Shown here: piece by piece, positions 10,293 through 18,780 of the stretch
Layout of the letters: each line of letters starts with the position of its first letter
How positions within the stretch are numbered: position 1 is the first letter of the stretch
NCBI GenBank assembly: GCA_016214555.1
Contig: JACROF010000008.1
Span: 1 to 47,140, forward strand
Direction of reading: 5' to 3'
Length of the DNA: 47,140 nt
Origin: Candidatus Levyibacteriota bacterium
Lineage (GTDB): Bacteria > Patescibacteriota > Microgenomatia > Levybacterales > UBA12049
Translations under genes and position numbers: made by a program
The notes under the pieces: generated by a model
Databases searched by the model: none
Told to the model about the DNA's origin: nothing
What the model saw: only the letters and a program-made list of their open reading frames with translations

Positions 10293-12374
10293 TTAATTTA
10301 TGGAATAAATCGTTGCTTTTTCATCGTCATATACTTTCTCAAAAGGCTCTTTAAGAGGAATAATCTCATTTCCTTCAGGTTCGTATCGATACCAAACAGA
10401 ATAAGCAGTTTGTCTTACTAATGTTTTGGAGAAGATGGTGATCTCCGATCCTGCTTCAACAGCGATCTTGATTGTTTGTTTTGGTATTAACTCGCGAGAA
10501 TAGGCGTCTGGTCCTGGAACAAATTCGTATTTTTCCTCAAGAGGACTGTTGTTAAGAGATATGGAAAAATCAGCTTGCTGAGAGGGGGCGAAATATGCTC
10601 CATCAAGATAGAAGACTCCTTTACTTGGGAAATAAAGTGAGACCTTTGGTTTTGCTTCCAAAATGGTGTCTTGAAGTTGTTGTTGGCCTGTATTTTTGGT
10701 TGATGAGAGAGAGTATGTTTGTTCAAAAAACGTTGCAAGTCTTTGGCGAACGTTGGTGCAGATTGTATGATAAAACTTATCATCTTTATGGACAACAACC
10801 GTCTTAATATTATTGTCTCGAAGTAGCGTGTGAAGTTGTTGGTTAATCACGGTTTGAAATTCTTGTTCAGTCTTAGAGGTAAGAACGGGATCGTTCTCTG
10901 AGCAGCTAAAGAGAGAGAGGTACGAATCATGGAATAAAAAGCTTTGCTCGCGAGTCCCATCTGCTGACCAATGGATGTAGCCATTAACAATGGGTTTGTC
11001 ATAATAGATCGAGAGCATGTTATATCTTCCGTAGTAGGGATTGATAGGAATATCAAGAACCGCATTGCCATCTAGCCCTTTCACTATTGTAGTATATTTG
11101 TCATGAAGTGAAGGAGAAAGAGGAAAGGCAACAGTTGCCCTTTCAAGCATAAGGGTAGTAATAATAAGCAGAAGAAGTATTTTTTTATTATTAAAACGTA
11201 ATTTTTGGAGAAAAAGCACTCCAGCAATACTCATAATAAAAAGGGAAATTACCGCAAATCGTCCAGCCTCAGCGATGCCGGTGAAAGGAAAGATATGAGA
11301 AAGAAAGCGGTAAGGAAGAAGAAAAAAATGATTGTAGTCACCATACCCAAGAGATAGAAGAAAAGGGAAAAGAAATGCCAGGCCAAGGAATAGTTTGAGC
11401 TTTCTTGCATGCGAGGTAACAAAAAAAAGTAGCATTAAAACAAGTTCAATGTAGCCAAAAAAGACCACTTTTTCTATTGAGGAATCACTTAAGCTGTGAG
11501 GAAATGGAAGGAGGAGAAATGAAGTAAGGTAGGAGTTGGGGAGAAAAAAATCAGTAATTGACGGAGTTGCATGCTTGAGCACTTCAGCCCGCGCAAAAAA
11601 TATAAAGTTGCCTGACAGAAGCGCTGAGAGCTGAGCGTTAAAAAGTAGTAAGAACGCAGTAAGACTACAAACGATAAGAGTAAGCCATGTCGTAAAGTGC
11701 TTACTGAATTTCTCTTTTAGCATTGCTATATCGCTTCGATACAAAAGGAGATAGAGAATTGCTATCCAGATCAGCTGAATGCCTATCATGATGATGTACT
11801 GCATAGCGCCAAGAAGGATAGCAGCAATGGTTATAGCATAAAGTGTGAGTGATTTTTTGGAGGTTGGCATATCAGATCTGATGCGGAGTATAGATAGGCC
11901 TATGAGGGGAACGGCTCCAATAAAGATAAGATTGGCATGCGACCCTGCCTTGGAGAGAACATAAAAAGAAAATCCATACATGATTGCACCTATTATGCCA
12001 AGCGTTGTGTTATCAGAAATTTTTCTAAAAAAATAATAGGAGGTAACACCGTTGAGGAGTAAAAGAAGGTAAATCACTAGGTTGTAAGAGAAGGGCATAG
12101 GAAGAACAGTGCTCAAAATTCCTCCCAAGCCAATTGCCAGATAAGAATCAAAGGCTCGCGAAAAGTCAAAGCCTATGGGGTATCGCCAGAAGTTGGTATG
12201 GACTAAAGGGTTTTGGCCTTCTCTGAGAGATTTTCCAACGAATGCTTGGTATCCAGCTTGCTGGTAATTATCCCATCCGTCTCCAATAAATGAGCTTCCT
12301 ACGTGAAGGATGCTTGGAAAAGTTAGAATAAGCGTAAAAAGTAGACTTATACCTATTATTTTTAACCACGACAT
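10293..12374 (-). CDS. Polytopic membrane protein, putative GT-C-type glycosyltransferase
   Basis: The ORF track gives 10293-12401. I prefer the ATG at 12374 (MSWLKIIG...), which removes the overlap with 12382-13620. About 12 hydrophobic spans plus a soluble C-terminus. Confidence 0.5.
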   Translation of the reverse strand: MSWLKIIGISLLFTLILTFPSILHVGSSFIGDGWDNYQQAGYQAFVGKSLREGQNPLVHTNFWRYPIGFDFSRAFDSYLAIGLGGILSTVLPMPFSYNLVIYLLLLLNGVTSYYFFRKISDNTTLGIIGAIMYGFSFYVLSKAGSHANLIFIGAVPLIGLSILRIRSDMPTSKKSLTLYAITIAAILLGAMQYIIMIGIQLIWIAILYLLLYRSDIAMLKEKFSKHFTTWLTLIVCSLTAFLLLFNAQLSALLSGNFIFFARAEVLKHATPSITDFFLPNSYLTSFLLLPFPHSLSDSSIEKVVFFGYIELVLMLLFFVTSHARKLKLFLGLAFLFPFLLSLGYGDYNHFFLLPYRFLSHIFPFTGIAEAGRFAVISLFIMSIAGVLFLQKLRFNNKKILLLLIITTLMLERATVAFPLSPSLHDKYTTIVKGLDGNAVLDIPINPYYGRYNMLSIYYDKPIVNGYIHWSADGTREQSFLFHDSYLSLFSCSENDPVLTSKTEQEFQTVINQQLHTLLRDNNIKTVVVHKDDKFYHTICTNVRQRLATFFEQTYSLSSTKNTGQQQLQDTILEAKPKVSLYFPSKGVFYLDGAYFAPSQQADFSISLNNSPLEEKYEFVPGPDAYSRELIPKQTIKIAVEAGSEITIFSKTLVRQTAYSVWYRYEPEGNEIIPLKEPFEKVYDDEKATIYSIN

Positions 12375-12381
12375 AGTAGTT

Positions 12382-13620
12382 TTATGATACCAGGATCTCA
12401 AGATAGTGATCAGCGATAGTATTCCATAAGCGTTTCTCTTGAAGCCGTGAAGAAAGCTGTTGTAACTTTTGCAGCTTTACTGTATCAGATAGTGTGATAT
12501 CGATGATTGATGCTGCTTGTTTTTGTAAAGGGAAAACAAGATCATGCATGAAAAGGTTTTCTTTTTGGAGCGCATCTGCAAAATCCCAAGTTAAAGCAAG
12601 ATCTGAAAGTTTGTCAGAGAGGAGAAAGGGCGTGCTAAGAGAGAATGTGAAAGAAAGAGGTCCGCTTGATGCCATGAGGGTCCGATAGGGAAAAAGAGTA
12701 AGGTCACAAGCCTTGAAATAAAGAGGGAGATTTTTTTCGTCAACAAATCCCGTTATATGAATATTGTCACTTCGTTTTGCCTCCACATCTGCAATATATT
12801 TTTGGTAAAAAGGCTTTGAGAGATGATTGTTGTTTGGTCCACCTGCTATAACAAGAACAGTATCAGACAATGCATCAACTGAGGCAAATAGGGAGGCTAT
12901 CCAGTCTGACCCTTTGTACCATGCTAAAAAACCAAAGCACAAAACAATTTTTTTATTGAGGGGAAGGCCGAGTTTTTTTCGTGCCTCAGACTGAGAGAGA
13001 GAAAGATGTATTTTTTCAACACCATGGGGGATCACAACGATATGGGACTTATTCCCAAGTCGTTTTTTAAATATTTCTTCAAAAACAATTACTCTCGTAC
13101 TTACACTAGTTATCATGTGGTAAAAAGCTTGAAAAAGAAGCGTGTATAGCGTTGTCTTGAGGCTTTTTTGTGGGATATTAAGATGGCCACTCATTGATGA
13201 AGCATCAGTTATTACCTGATGCAAGACAACATGAAGCCTTTTGCCTCTAAGTTTGATTCCTATGAGAAAAAGAGGGAGAGGTAAAAGATAGAGAAGTGAT
13301 CCAAACATCGAAAACTCGAAAGTAAAAAGGATGTCTTTTGTCTTAGAGCTTTTAATGCTTTTCCAAAGACGCCAGAAAGCCAGAAGATTGTTTTTTTTCC
13401 AGACGCGCTCTACTTTGATTTCTTCATCAAGGTAGGATGTTTTTTCATCAAGTTTTTCAGCAAGAACGGTAATGTCGGCAGTAATGTTTTGTTTTTTTGC
13501 TTGCCTTACAAGAGAGAGAAGAGTATTTTTGGTATAGCTTCCACCACCAACGATTGCTTTATCATGAATAGTACCAAAGGGAGGGTAGCTCCCAATGACT
13601 AAGAGGTTGAGATCTTTCAT
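12382..13620 (-). CDS. Glycosyltransferase, GT-B fold (family 1/4)
   Basis: 412-aa ORF. The C-terminal half carries a GT4-like pattern (VLVIAGGP...ITGFVDEKNLPLYFKACDLTLFPY). Confidence 0.7.
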   Translation of the reverse strand: MKDLNLLVIGSYPPFGTIHDKAIVGGGSYTKNTLLSLVRQAKKQNITADITVLAEKLDEKTSYLDEEIKVERVWKKNNLLAFWRLWKSIKSSKTKDILFTFEFSMFGSLLYLLPLPLFLIGIKLRGKRLHVVLHQVITDASSMSGHLNIPQKSLKTTLYTLLFQAFYHMITSVSTRVIVFEEIFKKRLGNKSHIVVIPHGVEKIHLSLSQSEARKKLGLPLNKKIVLCFGFLAWYKGSDWIASLFASVDALSDTVLVIAGGPNNNHLSKPFYQKYIADVEAKRSDNIHITGFVDEKNLPLYFKACDLTLFPYRTLMASSGPLSFTFSLSTPFLLSDKLSDLALTWDFADALQKENLFMHDLVFPLQKQAASIIDITLSDTVKLQKLQQLSSRLQEKRLWNTIADHYLEILVS

Positions 13621-13628
13621 AGCTACTC

Positions 13629-14414
13629 TTATTTTGCACCCATTACGCGCGTTTGAAAACGGGTAAGAAGAGAAAGGGGAGTAAAGACGATACTTTTTGA
13701 GAGCGAATGAACATACATGATGGTCCCGATTTCAAGAAGCGTTGAAGGAACAGCTTTAAAAAGCGACACTTTGGTCCTTTTATCATCAGACCATGCGACA
13801 GGCACCTCAACAGTCGAGAATTTATTTTTTGCTGCAAGGTATAAAATTTCTGCATCATAGCCCCATCCATTAATAGCACTTTGAGGGAAAATGCTCTGGA
13901 CTGCTTTTTTTGAGAACGCTTTAAAGCCGCAGGTAAAATCGGTTACGTTACTTCTTAATAGTATTCTTGTTACTTTGGTAAATCCTCTCCCCATCATTTC
14001 ACGGATAAGTGGTTGGTGAACAATAACGGTTGAGTGACCATTTTTTCTTGTTCCGATAATAACGTCTGTTCCTCTCTCCATAAATGGAAGGAGTTTAACA
14101 AGCTGTGTGAGGGGCGTTGACATATCAGCGTCAAAAAAGAGCGTGTAGTCAGCGTTAGATTCAAGCATGCCTTGTCTTATGGCAAAACCCTTTCCTTTGT
14201 TAGTCTTGTAGGTCACAAGTTTGATATCAAAGCTTTTTTTAAGAGGAGATTTTTTGATAAGCGAGACTGTTTTATCAGTTGATCCGTCATTGACAAAGAT
14301 GACCTGGTTAAGTTTGAGGCCACGTGGAAGTACTAACTCTTCAAGAGCAGTAAATGTTTTATCCAGTCTTTTTTCCTCGTTATAGACGGGAATGACAAAT
14401 GAAATTGTTTTCAT
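13629..14414 (-). CDS. Family 2 glycosyltransferase, polyprenol/dolichol-phosphate sugar transferase-like (Dpm1/GtrB type)
   Basis: ISFVIPVYNEE, VNDGSTDKT, KGKGFA and the DADMS (DXD) motif. Confidence 0.8.
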   Translation of the reverse strand: MKTISFVIPVYNEEKRLDKTFTALEELVLPRGLKLNQVIFVNDGSTDKTVSLIKKSPLKKSFDIKLVTYKTNKGKGFAIRQGMLESNADYTLFFDADMSTPLTQLVKLLPFMERGTDVIIGTRKNGHSTVIVHQPLIREMMGRGFTKVTRILLRSNVTDFTCGFKAFSKKAVQSIFPQSAINGWGYDAEILYLAAKNKFSTVEVPVAWSDDKRTKVSLFKAVPSTLLEIGTIMYVHSLSKSIVFTPLSLLTRFQTRVMGAK

Positions 14415-14425
14415 AGTTTTATGTT

Positions 14426-14477
14426 CCGTTTCGGCCTTTCAGGCCTCATCAGGCCCCGATGGACATCGGGACGACGG
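14426..14477 (-). ncRNA. Type III hammerhead ribozyme motif HH1
   Basis: Minus strand reads CCGUC|GUCCCGAU-GUCC-AUCGGGGC CUGAUGA GGCC-UGAAA-GGCC GAA ACGG. Full core. Helix I is 8 bp, helix II 4 bp, helix III 4 bp. Its 3' end lies 11 nt before the ATG at 14414. Confidence 0.8.
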
Positions 14478-14554
14478 GATCAGGGATGGCATAAGCCATT
14501 TCGCTTGTCAGCGTCTCCCGCACCCACTTTTTCCACCGCAATTGGTGGTGAAGT

Positions 14555-14581
14555 GGGCGCGGTCAACTAGTGACCGCGCCC
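14555..14581 (-). other. 11-bp GC hairpin after the stop of 14610-15233
   Basis: GGGCGCGGTCA-ACTAG-TGACCGCGCCC. A second hairpin follows at 14523-14557. No U-tract. Confidence 0.7.
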
Positions 14582-14609
14582 TCATGATACTATTCAGTTG
14601 TTCCCGACT

Positions 14610-15233
14610 CTATTGAAGTCGGAAGGTCGCCTCGCAAACCTGCGGAAGCGTTGCAGGGCCAGTGACCTCGGACGCATTGAAGCAGTCCCAGACCTGGCCA
14701 TTCACGCCTGCTGGAATGGAGAGACTGACGGGCGAGCCCGTCTTGAGATGGACCCCCTTGGGGTTCATCACGCCATTTGCCTCCTTGAGGCCTTCGAATC
14801 GGCCTTCGCAGGGTCCAGCCGTGCACCAAGCTTGCGCCTGATCTGCGGTGAGGATCTGCGGAGCGCCCGAGCCGTTACTCGTGATCGTGGTCGTCGTATT
14901 GATCGTCGACTGACTCTGAATCACGGTGCTTCCGGCATTGCTGTCGGTAGTGCCACCAGTGGTAGTCTGTCCGACGGTCGCACCAGACGTGTTGGAAGCA
15001 GCCTGCTGGCTGCTTCCGCCCGTGGGTTCATTGCTGTCACCAGTGACCGGCTCTTCGCCGGTCTTGGCCGCTATCAACTTATCGAGAGCGTTTCCAACGC
15101 CTCCCCAGTTGGTGATGCGGGCGTTACTGTCCATGCTGAACAGCCCACCATCGAAAGTCTGCACCAGGCCTGTGAAGACCATGAGTGCAACGACGATGAC
15201 TGTGACCCATCCGAGACCTTTCTTGATGTCCAC
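14610..15233 (-). CDS. Secreted or membrane-anchored protein with a Cys-containing C-terminal domain (paralog of 17692-18546)
   Basis: GTG start with AAAGGAAA upstream. Signal-anchor GWVTVIVVALMVFTGLV, an S/T/G-rich linker, and a C-terminal WCT..C.GR.E.L...NP.GV.LK.G...P.G...WD...VTG...CE domain. Confidence 0.7.
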   Translation of the reverse strand: MDIKKGLGWVTVIVVALMVFTGLVQTFDGGLFSMDSNARITNWGGVGNALDKLIAAKTGEEPVTGDSNEPTGGSSQQAASNTSGATVGQTTTGGTTDSNAGSTVIQSQSTINTTTTITSNGSGAPQILTADQAQAWCTAGPCEGRFEGLKEANGVMNPKGVHLKTGSPVSLSIPAGVNGQVWDCFNASEVTGPATLPQVCEATFRLQ

Positions 15234-15294
15234 GAGAGATTTCCTTTCGTTGTTTTCTAAGCACGCTAGCTGCGCACTTTAAGAAAGAACAAGC

Positions 15295-16989
15295 CTATGA
15301 GTCAAGTGGTGGGGTGTTGTTGTCCCATGCCTTTTTGAGGCGCCACTTGATTCGTTCGCCAAGCGTGGCGGATTTGACCGGAGGCGAAGAGGGCTTCTGG
15401 GCCTCCTTCACAGTATCCGTCTCTCTCGAGCGAGGTCGTGCGAGTGTTTCCATCACTCTTTCGTCGGATTCTTCATCCAGAACGAAGGGGCGTGAAGGAA
15501 TCTGCTCGAGCATCCTTCCCACAGTTCTGTCGTCCAGAGTAGGGGGTGATGGAGCAGGCGTTTCTTGAGGCTTTGGGCCTCTTGAGACATAGACGGTGAT
15601 GTCTTCTCTCAGAAGACCACGGACGTAGGATATGACCTCGCCTCGTGGTATCAATTGAGAGAATTGACGTTGAACCGTTGCATTCCAGCCGTGACGCTCG
15701 AGATACTCAAGCGCTTTCAGCTCATCCATGCCGACGATATTGTCCAGATTGCCAGTTGGCTCCGGATCGTCAACGAAGATACGAGCTGGCCTGTCACCGA
15801 CCATATTTGGCCTTGTGAGCCAGTCAGGTAGACGCGTGGCGGGAGTCTCCTCAGAATTTCCCGATCCGTCTGGATCGGAATCATCGAGAAGATTATCCCA
15901 CGGGTTGGTGGCGGGTGCAGTTTGAACACCGACTATCAGGACAGCCTGTCCTGGTTCTTCGCCGAGTTCAGCGCTCAGGACTTTGCCGTCATTTTCTGTT
16001 GAGCTTTCGCTTCCTAGAGAGGTGACGGTCCATCTTCGATCTTCGAGATACTGCGTTGCGCCCGCTTCCGTCATGGAAACGACCGTTTTTAGATCTCTTG
16101 GATCAAATTGTGGCTCCGGTTTTGCAACCGTTACCACGTGTGCCTCGCCTGTGTCGGGCGGCTGGAAGGGAAAGATTGGATCTCCTCCTCCCAGTGGAAC
16201 GATGACTGGCTCCGGCGTTGCCGGAGCTGTAGCAGGTGTTGCCATGTCGCTTTCATCTCCTTGGGGTGCTTGTGGCACCCAGCGTTCAATGAATGTGTCA
16301 TAGTGACGATCGAACTCGTGGTTGACGAGCTCTTCCTCAGAGAGAAAAAGCCAGTTTGAACACGAGGGAAAGTCACATCGCCAGGTCTGGACAGTGGGGT
16401 GGTCCGCGATCACGTGAGCATTACGGCCCTTGTAATCTTTGAACATTCTCCAACATCCGTGAATGCGACACCGCAAGCGGTGCGATCCGACCTGGTCCTT
16501 GGTGATGCCGTGGTTGTTTTTGAGGTGCGTATCCTCGAAGTCCGGGTGGAATTCGATTTTGCATCCTTCAACACGACATTTCATCTTGGACGGTGGAGCA
16601 GGAGGTGGCGGATCAGGAGCTCTCTTGTCCGGCGGATTGCTCTCACCGGGGAAAAGATCGCTCAGATCAACCATGTGTTGAGCAGCAAGCTCGCGAAGTT
16701 TTTCCAGCGACAGTGTTGCCGACGGTTTGACTTCGTTACGAGTTCCTTGCCTGATTCGCTCACGAATGAGCGAACGCTTGTCCTGCTTTGCCACAGGGGT
16801 ATCTTCCAACGCTTTCGCGTTGGGGTCAATGTCTGTGACGTCCACATTGAGTGAGGCTGCGGTGACGATGAGCGTTTCAAGACTCATCGCTTCGAGGATT
16901 GCCTCATTTGCCTCGGGGTCTTTCGCGCAAATTCGCGCGATAACCTCGCTTTTGGTTTTCTGATACTGTTCATCGTGACGAGCAGCCAT
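15295..16989 (-). CDS. Orphan 564-aa protein with three tandem C2H2-type zinc-finger motifs and two PASTA-like C-terminal repeats
   Basis: The ORF track extends to 17100. I prefer the ATG at 16989 (MAARHDE) with AAGGAGG 6 nt upstream. Three C-x4-C-x11-13-H-x4-H units lie within about 100 aa. Confidence 0.7.
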   Translation of the reverse strand: MAARHDEQYQKTKSEVIARICAKDPEANEAILEAMSLETLIVTAASLNVDVTDIDPNAKALEDTPVAKQDKRSLIRERIRQGTRNEVKPSATLSLEKLRELAAQHMVDLSDLFPGESNPPDKRAPDPPPPAPPSKMKCRVEGCKIEFHPDFEDTHLKNNHGITKDQVGSHRLRCRIHGCWRMFKDYKGRNAHVIADHPTVQTWRCDFPSCSNWLFLSEEELVNHEFDRHYDTFIERWVPQAPQGDESDMATPATAPATPEPVIVPLGGGDPIFPFQPPDTGEAHVVTVAKPEPQFDPRDLKTVVSMTEAGATQYLEDRRWTVTSLGSESSTENDGKVLSAELGEEPGQAVLIVGVQTAPATNPWDNLLDDSDPDGSGNSEETPATRLPDWLTRPNMVGDRPARIFVDDPEPTGNLDNIVGMDELKALEYLERHGWNATVQRQFSQLIPRGEVISYVRGLLREDITVYVSRGPKPQETPAPSPPTLDDRTVGRMLEQIPSRPFVLDEESDERVMETLARPRSRETDTVKEAQKPSSPPVKSATLGERIKWRLKKAWDNNTPPLDS

Positions 16990-17353
16990 GCTGCCTCCTT
17001 TTTGATAAGTGCGAACGCACGAAAATTCGTGCGTAAAACTATAGCAGGAAGAAAGATGACATAACTCTGGATGATACTGCGACATGCAGTGATATTCCAA
17101 GAGCCGAAAACAATCCAGCTTTGCTGGACTCTATTCGACTCTTGGGTTGAATAGTATATGAGGTAGTAAAGATTTCTCTTTACACCCTGATCTGTTAATG
17201 TGCGTTATTTGTTTTGTTTTATCCACCTGATCTTACTTCAAAGCTTTTCAGCCCGCCTAGCCGGCGAGGCTGGAACTATTCGTTCACGCTTTGAAGAGCG
17301 ATTATCGGCGGATTGTATACTTTTGAAAAATTAACTTAATAATTTTTGTATAC

Positions 17354-17481
17354 AAAAAAAAACCGGCCTTACGGTCGGGGAGAATAGCTGGCAGCTGTAT
17401 ATTGGTCTTGTCTATGGGTGCAGTCCAACTATTTTCTCCAACCCTCCGATGTAATTTCGGAGTTGTGTTCATACACAAGTA
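17354..17481 (-). ncRNA. Promoter-proximal structured leader or small RNA ending in a U9 tract
   Basis: Begins about 7 nt after the -10 of promoter 17488-17516. Hairpins UUGUGU/ACACAA and CUCCGA/UCGGAG, a 9-bp helix AAUAGUUGG/CCAGCUAUU, then CCGACC-GUAA-GGCCGG (one A.C mismatch) and UUUUUUUUU. Confidence 0.4.
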
Positions 17482-17487
17482 GGGAGA

Positions 17488-17516
17488 AGTATAGCAAATA
17501 TTATAGGATATGTCAA
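17488..17516 (-). promoter_or_regulatory. Sigma70-like promoter, conserved cassette copy a
   Basis: TTGACA-TATCCTATAATATTTGC-TATACT with a 17-nt spacer. Confidence 0.6.
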
Positions 17517-17567
17517 GCTGACTGAGGCTGTATCTAGCCTCGAAGTGTTATCACTCCTATAGGGTGT

Positions 17568-17632
17568 GTCATTTCGCCCGCCCTCGTAATAGCAAGGTCG
17601 AGGCTCATCAGGTCGCCTAAGGCGACGATGAC
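17568..17632 (-). ncRNA. Type III hammerhead ribozyme motif HH2
   Basis: GUCAUC|GUCGCC-UUA-GGCGAC CUGAUGA G-CCUCG-ACCUUGCUAUUA-CGAGG-GCGGG-C GAA AUGAC. Helix III GUCAU/AUGAC is compensatory relative to the other copies. Cleavage triplet is AUC. Confidence 0.75.
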
Positions 17633-17655
17633 CTGCAATAAGGTCTAGATTGAGT

Positions 17656-17682
17656 GTGAGGCCTGGCAGAGCCAGGCCTCAC
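17656..17682 (-). other. 12-bp GC hairpin after the stop of 17692-18546
   Basis: GTGAGGCCTGGC-AGA-GCCAGGCCTCAC. Lies 23 nt upstream (in the minus sense) of HH2. Confidence 0.75.
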
Positions 17683-17691
17683 ATATGGGGA

Positions 17692-18546
17692 TCACGACGA
17701 TCTCGTCGCGATCTTGCGGATACTTCCTTCGCAGGCGTTGGCGACCATGGTCGCGGTCTGACCGGTCACGGTGGCGGTTCCGTCCCAGATCTCAAACGTA
17801 TACCCGTCGGGCACGTTCATTTGGAAACAGGAGTCACCAGCCTTGAGCTTGACGCCGGCCGGATTGGGATTTCCATCCGACTCGACGAGCTGCTCGAGGC
17901 GACCGCTGCAGTCTGGCGTACACCACGAAGCGACAGTCGTCACGTTGAGGGTGTTGCCGCTGCCGGTATCCGTGGCTCCGTTCGTGCCGCCTTCGGTCGT
18001 ACCGGAGAGGGGTGCAGCCAGGAGCGTTCCGTCACCGCAGGTCGCGGGATCGGAGGTGAGCACGGGTCGGTAGTAGACGTCGAACTGCGGATCGCGGGCT
18101 CGCGTGTTATTGGGATAATCGGCCCACTTGCCGAATTCGACTTCCTTGGGGTAGAGAGCACATACGTCCCAGACGGCGTCGCCGGCGGGGAAGGATGGCT
18201 TGTACCTGAAGGTACCGCCGTCACCCATGACGGTCTGGCCGTTGCCATTTTGGACGGTAACGGGGAGGTCGCCCCCCTCGTCGATCGTGCAAACGAAGTC
18301 TGCCGGGCACGTGAGCTGTACGTCGTTTGGCGCGCTGCGCCAGGTCCACGTACAGGGTTCGGTACCGAGAAAGACCACGTTCTGGCCGATCGCGGCCTGA
18401 GCCCAGCTGTCAGCTGGACACGTCACCGGCGATGCCGGGGGCGTTGAGGTGTCCTGTGCTTGAGCCGAACTGAATCCGGCCATGCCGAGTGCGATCGCAA
18501 CGATTGCGATCAAGAAAACGAACCGTGGAATCTTCTTGTTTCCCAT
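17692..18546 (-). CDS. Secreted Cys-rich protein (paralog of 14610-15233 in the C-terminal domain)
   Basis: I prefer the ATG at 18546 with AAGGAGGG upstream. Signal peptide MGNKKIPRFVFLIAIVAIALGMAGFSSAQA. The C-terminal ~70 aa aligns with 14610-15233. Confidence 0.75.
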   Translation of the reverse strand: MGNKKIPRFVFLIAIVAIALGMAGFSSAQAQDTSTPPASPVTCPADSWAQAAIGQNVVFLGTEPCTWTWRSAPNDVQLTCPADFVCTIDEGGDLPVTVQNGNGQTVMGDGGTFRYKPSFPAGDAVWDVCALYPKEVEFGKWADYPNNTRARDPQFDVYYRPVLTSDPATCGDGTLLAAPLSGTTEGGTNGATDTGSGNTLNVTTVASWCTPDCSGRLEQLVESDGNPNPAGVKLKAGDSCFQMNVPDGYTFEIWDGTATVTGQTATMVANACEGSIRKIATRSS

Positions 18547-18697
18547 TGATGCCCTCCTTGGGCTTGTGTCCCTTGCGGGACTCGACGAAGAAAAACGAAA
18601 AGTTGATCGATGCGCACCTCCTTTGTGTGCTTGATATATCCGAAAGGAAATAACAAGTAGTACACTCAATGAATGCATCCGACCTCCACGAGTTGTG

Positions 18698-18780
18698 AAG
18701 ATACCGGAAAACGCGCACTGTAGAGGCATAGTATTCCTGCCCTAAACGCTATACATGCAGTACGCGATTTCCGGTATCTT
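18698..18780. repeat. Long inverted repeat (17/18-bp arms, 47-nt loop) in the leader/promoter region of 17692-18546
   Basis: AAGATACCGGAAAACGCG (18698-18715) versus CGCGATTTCCGGTATCTT (18763-18780). A possible TTAACA-18-TAAGAT promoter at 18776-18805 overlaps the right arm. Confidence 0.6.

Noticed and set aside
14598-15260. Long plus-strand ORFs overlapping minus-strand genes in the GC-rich blocks (e.g. 14598-15260, 16399-16854, 17650-18447, 20228-20632, 23028-23606).
   Set aside because: They are Arg/Gly/Ser-rich, lack SD sequences, and lie antisense to ORFs that have SDs, signal peptides or recognisable motifs. Such shadow ORFs are typical of high-GC DNA.
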